Under the pieces are notes generated by a model. The model worked only from the letters and a program-made list of their open reading frames with translations. It was not told where the DNA came from and searched no databases. 64,000 nt of DNA, taken from assembly GCA_963663965.2 (NCBI GenBank), contig CAXXFK010000033.1:128001-192000 (forward strand), in the 5' to 3' direction. The DNA is from Sedimentisphaerales bacterium (GTDB lineage Bacteria; Planctomycetota; Phycisphaerae; Sedimentisphaerales; SM23-30). This document shows positions 34,524 through 43,617 of this stretch, in pieces. Every line of letters starts with the position of its first letter. Within the stretch, counting starts at the first letter, position 1. Both the position numbers and the translations under genes were made by a program.

Positions 34524-35297
34524 ATGAAGCGGAGAGATTTTCTTATCAGTTCGTGCCTGACTGGCGGGGTCGCATTAGCGGCTTCAGCCGCTGAAAATGA
34601 GTCTGCGGCCAAACAGTTTATCGAATTACGGCGCTATCAGTTGGCGTCTATGGAGAAGCGTGAGGCGCTCACTGCCTTCTTGCGGGATGCCGCCGTTCCA
34701 GCCTGGAATCGATTGGGCATTAAACCAGTGGGTATTTTTCAGATGCTGAACGATGAGTCACCTGAAATTTTTGTCCTGTTGCCGCATAATACCTGGGAAA
34801 GTCTTACCTCAGCCAATGCCCGTCTGATGGCAGATAAAACATTTGTCGCCGCCGGCAAGGCTTCACTGGAGTCACCGAAAGAGGATCCCCTTTATCAACG
34901 CTATACCAGTTCCCTGTTACAGGGATTTGATCGCTGTCCCCGACTGGAGAAGGCGGCTATTGGCAATAGTCGTGAATTTCAGCTGAGAATTTATGAAAGT
35001 CACAACCTGCTCATGGCGCGCAGGAAAATCGAAATGTTTAATAAAGGGGGTGAAATCGATATTTTCCGCCGGACCGGCCTGAATCCTGTTTTTTTTGGAG
35101 AGGCTCTGGTTGGCGATAAATTGCCCAACTTGACTTATATGCTCAGTTTTGAAAATGAGCAGGCTCGTAAAGATGCCTGGAAAAACTTTATCGACCATTC
35201 CGACTGGAAAAAACTCAGTGGCGATCCCTATTATAAAGACACGGTCTCCAATATCACCAATCTACTTCTAAAACCTGCCGTGGGCTCCCAACTGTAA
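34524..35297 (+). CDS. NIPSNAP-family protein, Tat signal
   Basis: MKRRDFL Tat motif; IELRRY, FQLRIYES, PVFFGE, PNLTYML. Confidence 0.88.
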   Translation: MKRRDFLISSCLTGGVALAASAAENESAAKQFIELRRYQLASMEKREALTAFLRDAAVPAWNRLGIKPVGIFQMLNDESPEIFVLLPHNTWESLTSANARLMADKTFVAAGKASLESPKEDPLYQRYTSSLLQGFDRCPRLEKAAIGNSREFQLRIYESHNLLMARRKIEMFNKGGEIDIFRRTGLNPVFFGEALVGDKLPNLTYMLSFENEQARKDAWKNFIDHSDWKKLSGDPYYKDTVSNITNLLLKPAVGSQL

Positions 35298-35367
35298 GCG
35301 TCTTCCAGCGCGGTTCCCTCCAATTTTATCAAGACTATCATTTCAAGCTGAGTTTCCAGTCAGGGAC

Positions 35368-36042
35368 TCAGCTTGAAAAAATTTCAATCTCGATATCATG
35401 GTCAAATGATTCCAGCGGACACCCCTGGCATTTGGGCTTTGGTTTACAAAAATCCTTACCAACCCTGACCAGCAGGGCATGGCATTCATTATAATCGGCC
35501 ACTTCCGCCGGGATACACCCTTCACAGTACGATTTAAGTTCTTCATAATCCACATCGGGATAAATACAATGGTGTCGAGCCAGGATGCGAAATGTATACG
35601 CGTCAACGACAAAACTCAATTTGTTCAAAGCATATAAAATAATGGAGTCGGCAGTTTCCCGACCGATACCATTGACGGACAGCAGTTCTTCGCGAAGGCC
35701 GTCTACGGACATTGCTGTTAAATTGTCGATCCGGCCCTGGTAATTTTCTAGAAACCAATGGATCAGATTTTTTAGTCTTTTGGCTTTGATATTGAAATAG
35801 CCTGCGGGCCGGATCCGTTCAGCCAGTTCATCATGAGTCAGGTTATTGATTGCCTGGGGGGTTAGCCCGCCCGCCTTTTTCAGGTTAGCGATGGCTCGTT
35901 CCACATTCTGCCAGTTGGTATTCTGGGTAAGAACGCCTCCAACCATAATTTCAAAGGGTGAATCGCCGGGCCACCAGTGTTGCGGGCCATACTGATGTAA
36001 TAAAGTTCGGTAAATATCGAGCAGCGATACGGATGTACTCAT
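35368..36042 (-). CDS. Endonuclease III-related HhH-GPD DNA glycosylase
   Basis: YGPQHWWP, LTQNTNW, GIGRETADSI, FVVDAYT, Cys cluster FCKPKPKCQGCPL. Confidence 0.92.
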   Translation of the reverse strand: MSTSVSLLDIYRTLLHQYGPQHWWPGDSPFEIMVGGVLTQNTNWQNVERAIANLKKAGGLTPQAINNLTHDELAERIRPAGYFNIKAKRLKNLIHWFLENYQGRIDNLTAMSVDGLREELLSVNGIGRETADSIILYALNKLSFVVDAYTFRILARHHCIYPDVDYEELKSYCEGCIPAEVADYNECHALLVRVGKDFCKPKPKCQGCPLESFDHDIEIEIFSS

Positions 36043-36044
36043 AA

Positions 36045-37784
36045 TTATAATTCCAGTTCCTTCCGGATGATATTTAACGCGGGTTCTATGGCTGTTGCGG
36101 AAAAATCGAAATTGATCCCGGCAGTTTCGAATAATTGCGGTAAAGGCACGCTACTGCCCAATGCCAAAGCGTTTTTGAAGCATGACAGGGTGGCCAGTTC
36201 ATTGTCAAGCGATTGTTTCCAGATTCCCAGAGCGCCCAGCTGTGCGATGCCATATTCGATATAATAAAAAGGGTATAAAAAGATATGGAGCTGCTGATGC
36301 CATAATTCACGCTGGACATGTTCCAATCCAGACCAGTCCACCTCATGGCTGATATAGTTTCGGTGCAATGTCATCCAGGCTTCGGTACGTTGATCTGATG
36401 TGGCATTTTCATCTTCATACAACCAGTGTTGAAAGGCATCCACGGTAGCAATCCAGCAGAGAATCTGGACAATCTGCTCCAATTGCTTGCGGTAATAACG
36501 TTTAAGATCTTCCGGTGTGTAGAACTCGTTCAGATACTTGCGCCCCAGCAATTCCATGGTCATGGAAGCGACTTCACAAAACTCCATTGGGGCATGACGA
36601 TAGGGAAGCAGCCGCTGATCACGGCAGGCCAGGGCGTGAAATGCATGTCCGGATTCATGCAGCAGTACTATCAGATCGCGATCCGTACCGACAGCATTCA
36701 TAAAAATGAAGGGTTTGCGTGCTTCAGTAAGTGAACATTGATACCCGCCTGGGGCTTTTCCTGGACGGGATTCCAGATCCAGTAATCCCTCTCTGGTCAT
36801 TAAATCGAAATAAGAGGCCAGTTCTTCATCCATTCGCTGGAATATCGCACCGGTCCCGCGGATGAGCTGGTCTGCCGATTCAAACGGCTTAAGCGCCGGC
36901 TTCCCTGAAGGATTGGTATCAAGGTCCCAGGGTCGCAGTGAGTCCTGTTTCATTTTTGATCGGCGGCGAATAAGTATGTCGCGATAAAGTGGCACGGCAA
37001 ATTTTTGGATGGCTTTATGAAACTGTTTACAATCATCCGCCGTATAATCAAACCGATGATATTCTTTGAATTTATATTCACGATAGTTATGAAATCCGAG
37101 ATTGCGGGCGATATCAATTCGCAGCGAACGGAGCCGGTCGAACAACGTTTCCAGGGTATCTCCCTCTTTTAATCGTCGTTCGGCTTGTGCCTGCCAGGCA
37201 TTCTGACGCAGAGCGCGATCCGGGTCCTGTAAAAAAGTCGCCATTTGCGCCATGGTATATTCCTGTTCGTTAAACGTTACAGTCATTGCCCCCTGTATGG
37301 ATTGATACTCTTGTTTAAGCAACGCTTCCTGCTTAAGAAGCGGGATGTTTTCTTCGGAAAACAGTTCCGCATCAGCCTTTAAATTACGCAAATAAACCTG
37401 AAAATAATCATGGTCCGGCGGGAATCTGGTAAGCGCCTCCAGCGTTTTCCGGTTTAATTGATCCTCTAATGGCCTGACGGCCGGTTCGATGGTAGAAATA
37501 AAGGTTCGATAGGAATTGGCGTTTTCGGTATTATCCGTCTGGCTGGTCATGCCGATGTATAAGAGCGATTGCTGCTGGTCCAGGGCAGCATCGAGTTCGC
37601 ACCGGTCATCCAGGAAACGATTTAACGCCTCCAGATTATCCAATGGGCGTTCCAATAACGCTTGATACAGGACCTCAACCGTAGGCAGGTTGCGTAAATC
37701 CGCGTTTTGGGGGACAAATTGCCGGGGCTGATAGGGCTGGGCGATATCAGACGATGTCAGAGATCGGATCGGATAGGAACTCAT
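36045..37784 (-). CDS. M3 family oligoendopeptidase (PepF-like)
   Basis: LRPWD, GKAPGGY, LLHESGHAFH (HExxH), EFCEVASM, PFYYIEY. Confidence 0.93.
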   Translation of the reverse strand: MSSYPIRSLTSSDIAQPYQPRQFVPQNADLRNLPTVEVLYQALLERPLDNLEALNRFLDDRCELDAALDQQQSLLYIGMTSQTDNTENANSYRTFISTIEPAVRPLEDQLNRKTLEALTRFPPDHDYFQVYLRNLKADAELFSEENIPLLKQEALLKQEYQSIQGAMTVTFNEQEYTMAQMATFLQDPDRALRQNAWQAQAERRLKEGDTLETLFDRLRSLRIDIARNLGFHNYREYKFKEYHRFDYTADDCKQFHKAIQKFAVPLYRDILIRRRSKMKQDSLRPWDLDTNPSGKPALKPFESADQLIRGTGAIFQRMDEELASYFDLMTREGLLDLESRPGKAPGGYQCSLTEARKPFIFMNAVGTDRDLIVLLHESGHAFHALACRDQRLLPYRHAPMEFCEVASMTMELLGRKYLNEFYTPEDLKRYYRKQLEQIVQILCWIATVDAFQHWLYEDENATSDQRTEAWMTLHRNYISHEVDWSGLEHVQRELWHQQLHIFLYPFYYIEYGIAQLGALGIWKQSLDNELATLSCFKNALALGSSVPLPQLFETAGINFDFSATAIEPALNIIRKELEL

Positions 37785-37924
37785 AGAAAAATCTTTCGTA
37801 GAGGAGTAGGAACTGCCACTTGCAAATTATTGGAATTCCTGTTATCTTTTTGACATAGTTTAACAGGCCGGTATGAGAATGCAAGTGTCTAAAACCGGCT
37901 GAAATCGATAGATATGAAAATATA

Positions 37925-38743
37925 ATGGCTCAGACAACCAGTAAAAACTCCAAAACCCAAAGCAATAATTCCGATTCCGCCCATATCGGGCAGTCTAATT
38001 ATGGCAAAGCGACAGCACGTCCCCTGCACACCCTGGCTTTTTTGCTGCCATTGATTCTGATTTATGAGATTGGAATCCTGACGGTTGACAGTATAGTACA
38101 AAGCCAGACTCGAATTGTGGCCTTTACCTGGTTGCAGGGGCTGGCTCAGATGATCGGGATGGATGAATCCCTGGCGTGGGCATTTCCAGGATTTGTCGTC
38201 GTAATTGTTCTGCTCTGCTGGCACATGGCCAGTGAATTTCCCTGGCGAATCAAATTCGAGTGGGTTCTGGGAATGTATCTGGAATCCGCCTTATGGAGTC
38301 TGCCGATATTCGGAATCAATCTACTGCTGGGGTCGAGTCGATTTTACGCAGCCAGCGCGACAACGACTGCCATTGACTCTTATATGGCCCGTGTGGTCAC
38401 CAGTATCGGGGCCGGAATCTATGAAGAACTGGTTTTCCGGCTGATATTGATGGGGCTGCTATTGATGCTGTTCGAGGATGTTTTTCGGTTGAAAAAACCG
38501 GTTGCCGGACAGATTGCCGTCTGGACATCGGCTATTTTATTCGCCGCTCATCATTATATTGGATTCCATGACGGCCACTGGCTTGTGCTGGAATATCATA
38601 CTATTAAGTCATTTTTAATGAGTTTCCTGTTCCGGACCTTCTCCGGTATCTATTTTGCCTTCCTTTTCCGCCGACGTGGTTATGGCATTATTGCCGGAAC
38701 TCATGCGGCTTATAACATCATCTTATATTCCACGATCAGTTGA
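37925..38743 (+). CDS. CPBP (CAAX/Abi) family intramembrane glutamic endopeptidase
   Basis: Multiple TM segments; GIYEELVFR, FAAHH, GTHAAYN. Confidence 0.88.
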   Translation: MAQTTSKNSKTQSNNSDSAHIGQSNYGKATARPLHTLAFLLPLILIYEIGILTVDSIVQSQTRIVAFTWLQGLAQMIGMDESLAWAFPGFVVVIVLLCWHMASEFPWRIKFEWVLGMYLESALWSLPIFGINLLLGSSRFYAASATTTAIDSYMARVVTSIGAGIYEELVFRLILMGLLLMLFEDVFRLKKPVAGQIAVWTSAILFAAHHYIGFHDGHWLVLEYHTIKSFLMSFLFRTFSGIYFAFLFRRRGYGIIAGTHAAYNIILYSTIS

Positions 38744-40584
38744 TGACATTCCTTTATCGAAAGCGTAGCAATTTCATGATCCATAGTTATGACGGACTGT
38801 TTTTACCGGTATTTCGAGCCCGCCATTTTCAAACCGATGGAAGGGTAGAAAATATTATTGAAGCATTAAATGTGATCGGCCAGGAATGGGTTGGGTTGTG
38901 TCTGGCGCAAGGATATGTTGGCGAATATACCCGGCCGATTGAGTACTGGAAACCGTTGGTTGATCTGGCCGGGCGTGCGATACGGCGATTGAAGCGCCGG
39001 GAGGTTTATTGCGATTTAGTCATCCCGGGAGCCGTCTTATTGCAGCATATTCCAGGCAAGGTAAAAAGTTTTGTCGATACGATTTATCAATCAGCGGCCT
39101 CTACCGGAGTGGATACGATCTGGGTAGATGATTCACAAGTTGATGGCTGTTACAGCCGATCCCAGTTAAGGGATTTTTATCGTCAAATTTTAAATACGGT
39201 GACTCGATGCGGCAAAGAGGTACGTCTGGGATTGATTGCCAGATCTTCCGGTTTCTATAGTCAAGCCGGTTTAACTCAATATGAAGTTGCCGATATCCTG
39301 GCGGGTGACTATTTGCCATTATTGGGTTTGGGGGAGACAGGTTGTCACGATTATGATCGAACAGCCATACTCAAATCGGCCCAATATCTGGCTGAAAGTC
39401 ATTCGAAACTACCGGCAGAGAAAGATTATGAAACGGTTGGCATCGTATGGAATCAGAGTGAGGGAGGATTCCATAAAAGCGCTGAATCGATTCAAATGCA
39501 GACCAATCTGAATTGTCTGTATGGAGTGAAAGGGGGATTGTTCGATGTCTTTGATCGCATGGGGACCGCGCCCGGCAGTGATAATTTGTATCTGAAAATG
39601 ATCAGAAATAATACCAAACTCATCAATAAGCTGGCAAAATTAACCGGCCATCATTCCGAACCTATGGGTATTACTGTGGTTCAATCTGATGCGGATAATC
39701 ATTTGGCAACGGGCAGGTGGAGTGAAATGCTCTGGCGTATGGGGATGCCGGTTCGATTTATACAGGTCTCAGATCTCAAGCCGGATTTAATGCCCGACTC
39801 GGTTTATATCCTAACCGGTTCAATACCCGATCGACTTTCATCCAGTCAACTGGAATCCGTCTTTCATCATGGTGTTCTGCTGGATGCAGGTGCGGCGGAA
39901 AGTATTCAAAATACCCTTAAGCGTTCTGATTTGCTGGGTATTCATGTTGAGGGCAGAATTCCAACGGTTGCGACAGAGATATTAAGCGATCACGGCTTTG
40001 CCACGGTGCATTATGGTTATGAATCGTTGTATTATGGACTGGTTGAACAGTCAGCATTTAAAAAACTGACATTAGCGCATGAACGGGCCCGGGCGATTAC
40101 GGCATTGGTCTTAAAGGATCAAACTCCAAACGCTACGGGTATGGTTTTATTCGACAATATCGAAAAACGACAGCGTTGTGCCGTTATACCCTGGTCGCTT
40201 ACGGAGAATTTATCCCGTCAAATATTAACAGTACCCAGGCAGCGGCATATTCGAGAGATATTAGCCTGGCTGTATCGGGCGAAATTGCCTTGTATGGTTG
40301 AAAATACCCCGGATCTGATACCGTTCTGGGTGCGTGTGACGGGCAAAAAACGTCTGTTATTGGGTTTATTGAATATTAGTTTTGATTGGGCCATCCAGTC
40401 TCGGATTCGCCTGAATAGAATTCCGTTTAAAGTAAAACGGGTCCGTCATTTGACTGATTCCGGGCGGCTAGAGGAACTGCCTGGTCTGTCTTTGCAACAG
40501 AAACTGGATTATCAATATATCCAATTGCAGGAAGATACGGCTGTAGCGCCTATGCAGATGACTATTCTGGTTGTGGAAGGCTAA
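38740..40584 (+). CDS. Hypothetical protein, distantly glycoside-hydrolase-like
   Basis: 614-aa ORF overlapping the upstream stop; IWVDD and YILTG/GVLLDA segments recall TIM-barrel plus class-I-amidotransferase-like GH architecture; no clear catalytic motif. Confidence 0.6.
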   Translation: MMTFLYRKRSNFMIHSYDGLFLPVFRARHFQTDGRVENIIEALNVIGQEWVGLCLAQGYVGEYTRPIEYWKPLVDLAGRAIRRLKRREVYCDLVIPGAVLLQHIPGKVKSFVDTIYQSAASTGVDTIWVDDSQVDGCYSRSQLRDFYRQILNTVTRCGKEVRLGLIARSSGFYSQAGLTQYEVADILAGDYLPLLGLGETGCHDYDRTAILKSAQYLAESHSKLPAEKDYETVGIVWNQSEGGFHKSAESIQMQTNLNCLYGVKGGLFDVFDRMGTAPGSDNLYLKMIRNNTKLINKLAKLTGHHSEPMGITVVQSDADNHLATGRWSEMLWRMGMPVRFIQVSDLKPDLMPDSVYILTGSIPDRLSSSQLESVFHHGVLLDAGAAESIQNTLKRSDLLGIHVEGRIPTVATEILSDHGFATVHYGYESLYYGLVEQSAFKKLTLAHERARAITALVLKDQTPNATGMVLFDNIEKRQRCAVIPWSLTENLSRQILTVPRQRHIREILAWLYRAKLPCMVENTPDLIPFWVRVTGKKRLLLGLLNISFDWAIQSRIRLNRIPFKVKRVRHLTDSGRLEELPGLSLQQKLDYQYIQLQEDTAVAPMQMTILVVEG

Positions 40585-40586
40585 GA

Positions 40587-40615
40587 TTGACCTTGTGAGC
40601 TTTTTGCTATATAAT
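40587..40615 (+). promoter_or_regulatory. sigma70-type promoter of thiC
   Basis: TTGACC-N17-TATAAT, about 60 nt upstream of ATG. Confidence 0.7.
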
Positions 40616-40677
40616 CATATGCTTGACATGATAATATATAACATAACTTTATAATAAAAAAATACTTAAGGATAACA

Positions 40678-41979
40678 ATGACTCAATATCAACAGGCCAG
40701 ACAGGGTGTGATTACCGAACAGATGCATCAGGTGGCTCAAAAGGAGGGGGTTACGCCTGAATTAATCCGGGATGAACTGGCTGCCGGACGTTTGGTAATT
40801 CCCGCCAATATTAAACATTTGGAGTTTGCGCTGAAGCCGATAGGCATTGGCCGGGCCATCAGAACAAAAATTAACGCCAATATCGGGGCCAGTCCGCTGG
40901 ATTCAGATGATGCCGGCGAGTTACGCAAACTGGAAGTGGCGTTAAAATATGGCGCTGACGCCGTTATGGATCTTTCTACCGGCGGTGATGTGGATCGATG
41001 CCGGTGCAATTTGATCAAACATAGTACGGCGCCCATTGGTACAGTACCTATGTACGAAATGATTATTAATCGACCGGTTGAAGAATTGACATACGATATT
41101 ATTCTCAAAACCTGTGAAAAGCAGGCGCAACAGGGGGTGGATTTCTTTACGATCCATGCCGGACTACTGCGTGAGCATCTCCCGCTGGTTGAAAAGCGAT
41201 TGGCCGGTATTGTCAGCCGGGGGGGGTCGTTGATTGCCAAATGGATGAAATATCATAATAAACAGAATCCATTTTATGAGGTGTTCGATGAAATCAGTGC
41301 AATTATGCAGCAGTATGATGTCTGTTATTCGCTTGGTGATGGATTGAGGCCGGGATGTCTGGCGGACGCGACCGATGACGCGCAGATTGCTGAATTGCGT
41401 ACCCTGGGTGATCTGACCCGGCGCGGCTGGGCCAATGGGTGTCAGGTTATGGTGGAAGGGCCGGGCCATGTGCCATTTGATCAGATCGAAAAAAATATGA
41501 AGTTGCAGCAGGAAATCTGCGATGGCGCGCCGTTTTATGTGCTGGGACCGCTGGTTACGGATGTAGCGCCTGGATATGATCATATCACCAGTGCGATTGG
41601 CGCTACGGCGGCGGCATTTCATGGCGCATCGTTTTTGTGTTATGTGACGCCGCGCGAACATCTGGGTTTGCCGGATGAGGATGACGTCCGCCAGGGTGTA
41701 ATTGCCTATAAAATCGCGGCGCACGCGGCTGATGTTGCTCTTAATATCGGTAATGCCCGTCAATGGGATGATGATCTCAGTCGCGCGCGAGCCAATCTGG
41801 ACTGGAAACAACATCTGGCGCTGGCGATGGATCCGGAAACGGCCCGTAAAATGCATGATGAGAAGAAACTCGAAGATACTGACCATTGTACCATGTGTGG
41901 TAAAGAATGGTGCAGTGTTCGTATCAGTAAAGAACTAAAAGACGCCCGTAATTGTCCCGATTTGCTCACCAATCAGTAA
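40678..41979 (+). CDS. thiC: Phosphomethylpyrimidine synthase (short-form ThiC)
   Basis: KINANIG, GADAVMDLSTG, VSRGGS, SLGDGLRPG, MVEGPGH, GYDHIT, CYVTPREHL, CTMCG...C Fe-S motif. Confidence 0.93.
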   Translation: MTQYQQARQGVITEQMHQVAQKEGVTPELIRDELAAGRLVIPANIKHLEFALKPIGIGRAIRTKINANIGASPLDSDDAGELRKLEVALKYGADAVMDLSTGGDVDRCRCNLIKHSTAPIGTVPMYEMIINRPVEELTYDIILKTCEKQAQQGVDFFTIHAGLLREHLPLVEKRLAGIVSRGGSLIAKWMKYHNKQNPFYEVFDEISAIMQQYDVCYSLGDGLRPGCLADATDDAQIAELRTLGDLTRRGWANGCQVMVEGPGHVPFDQIEKNMKLQQEICDGAPFYVLGPLVTDVAPGYDHITSAIGATAAAFHGASFLCYVTPREHLGLPDEDDVRQGVIAYKIAAHAADVALNIGNARQWDDDLSRARANLDWKQHLALAMDPETARKMHDEKKLEDTDHCTMCGKEWCSVRISKELKDARNCPDLLTNQ

Positions 41980-42000
41980 ATTATAAAATGAGATAGTCCC

Positions 42001-43509
42001 ATGTTTAAAGCCAGGTTTCTGATTGCGATATTGATCGTGTTATTTACTACATGCTATATTTGGGCAGAAATACCTCACATTACCCAACCGCCGGCTGATC
42101 AGAGTAGTGATGGCTTTTATAGCAAATATCTCGATTGTAATGGAATATCGGTTAAAAGCTCTGATAAGGTGGCGGATCAGGCGCTCTACCGGGTAAATGA
42201 ATTATTGAATCAGGTTTTAGGAACCCGTCCGGATTTACATAAAGCGCTGGCCGAAGCGGGTGTGAGTTACGTAATTATCGGGTCAGAGGAAGAGGTTACC
42301 GATATCCCCGAATACAGCCGGATGGAGCCCAAAGAATTCTGGAATGAACGAGCGCGTGGTTTTGGTGGGCGCACCACCAGTTGCGGGGAAGAAAATCTCC
42401 TGAATTATCCCATTGATCGTTATTCGGATGAGAGCATCTTTATTCACGAATTGGCACATGCGATTCATGGATATGGTTTGAAAAAGGTAGATCCAGGATT
42501 CGATAAACGGCTCAAGGACCTTTACGATTCGGCAATGGCTAAAGGGCTCTGGAAAAATGATTACGCTTCGACTAATCACAGCGAATACTGGGCAGAGGCG
42601 GTTCAATCTTTTTTTAATTGTAATCGGGAAAATAATTGGAACCACAATGACATTAATACCCGGGACGAATTGGAAGCTTATGATCCACCCATTGCTGATC
42701 TTGTTCGGGAAGTATTTCGGATTACTCCTCAGACGGACTGGCAGTATAAGCCGCTAGTGAAACAGCCGACAGTAAACCCGGTGCCGGAGGGACTGACCGA
42801 TGAAGCGTTGTTAACCCGGTATGTCTGGTGCCGTGGATTGCCGATTTTGGGTTCTGATCAGGTTAAAGAGGAGGCGTTTCTGGCGGCTTACGATCTGATT
42901 TATAACATGTTTCGTTACCGGCATGATATCTTGAAGGCCATGATCGATGGTGGCCTGCAGGTGGTAATAACAACGCTGAGCGATTCGGCTGAATTGAATA
43001 AAACGTTGCAATTACGCAGCATGGCCCAATGGAAAATGAAAATCAAGCTAAAAGCCGGTGAAGTCCTACCCAGGTTGTATGTAACGGTTCCCCAGGATAG
43101 TTTATTGGTGAATAGCAAATGGCGTTCGTTATTAATGGATCGTATGGCTTTAGCGGCCTACTATTATACTGGATTACGTCCTGAAGATCCGGATTGGAAT
43201 ACCAGGAAGCATTGGCAACAATATGAAATTGGACTGGAACGGATGGATGTCCGGTTTGATCAACGGGTGGCAAATTTGTTCCAAATTGCCAGAGAGAAGC
43301 AACTATATGGGGTAATGCCTGATCATACGGATCGATTTGAATATTGGGCTGCCGGGGTATGCGCCTTTTTTGATAGCGGTACAGCGCTTGTGGGAAAAAA
43401 AGCAGTCAATAATCGTCAGGATCTCCTACGGCTCGATCCAGAGTTAGCCGATCTGGTGGGTGAGGTATTTAAACATCCTCAAAGGGTGGACTGGCGTTTG
43501 TTGAAATAA
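42001..43509 (+). CDS. Secreted zincin-like metallopeptidase (lethal-factor/ATLF-like) with an internal domain duplication
   Basis: Signal peptide; IHELAHAIH...YASTNHSEYWAEAV; the second half repeats the pattern (FEYWAAGV, LDPELADLVGEVF) without HExxH. Confidence 0.75.
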   Translation: MFKARFLIAILIVLFTTCYIWAEIPHITQPPADQSSDGFYSKYLDCNGISVKSSDKVADQALYRVNELLNQVLGTRPDLHKALAEAGVSYVIIGSEEEVTDIPEYSRMEPKEFWNERARGFGGRTTSCGEENLLNYPIDRYSDESIFIHELAHAIHGYGLKKVDPGFDKRLKDLYDSAMAKGLWKNDYASTNHSEYWAEAVQSFFNCNRENNWNHNDINTRDELEAYDPPIADLVREVFRITPQTDWQYKPLVKQPTVNPVPEGLTDEALLTRYVWCRGLPILGSDQVKEEAFLAAYDLIYNMFRYRHDILKAMIDGGLQVVITTLSDSAELNKTLQLRSMAQWKMKIKLKAGEVLPRLYVTVPQDSLLVNSKWRSLLMDRMALAAYYYTGLRPEDPDWNTRKHWQQYEIGLERMDVRFDQRVANLFQIAREKQLYGVMPDHTDRFEYWAAGVCAFFDSGTALVGKKAVNNRQDLLRLDPELADLVGEVFKHPQRVDWRLLK

Positions 43510-43617
43510 ACACATCGGGTTACGCGTATATATTTATATATTTGAATGACTCTTATCGGCTACGGTAAGGAGGTCTAACGTTATTTTCCTCTGTACCTGA
43601 TATCCCGGAGAATCTCT

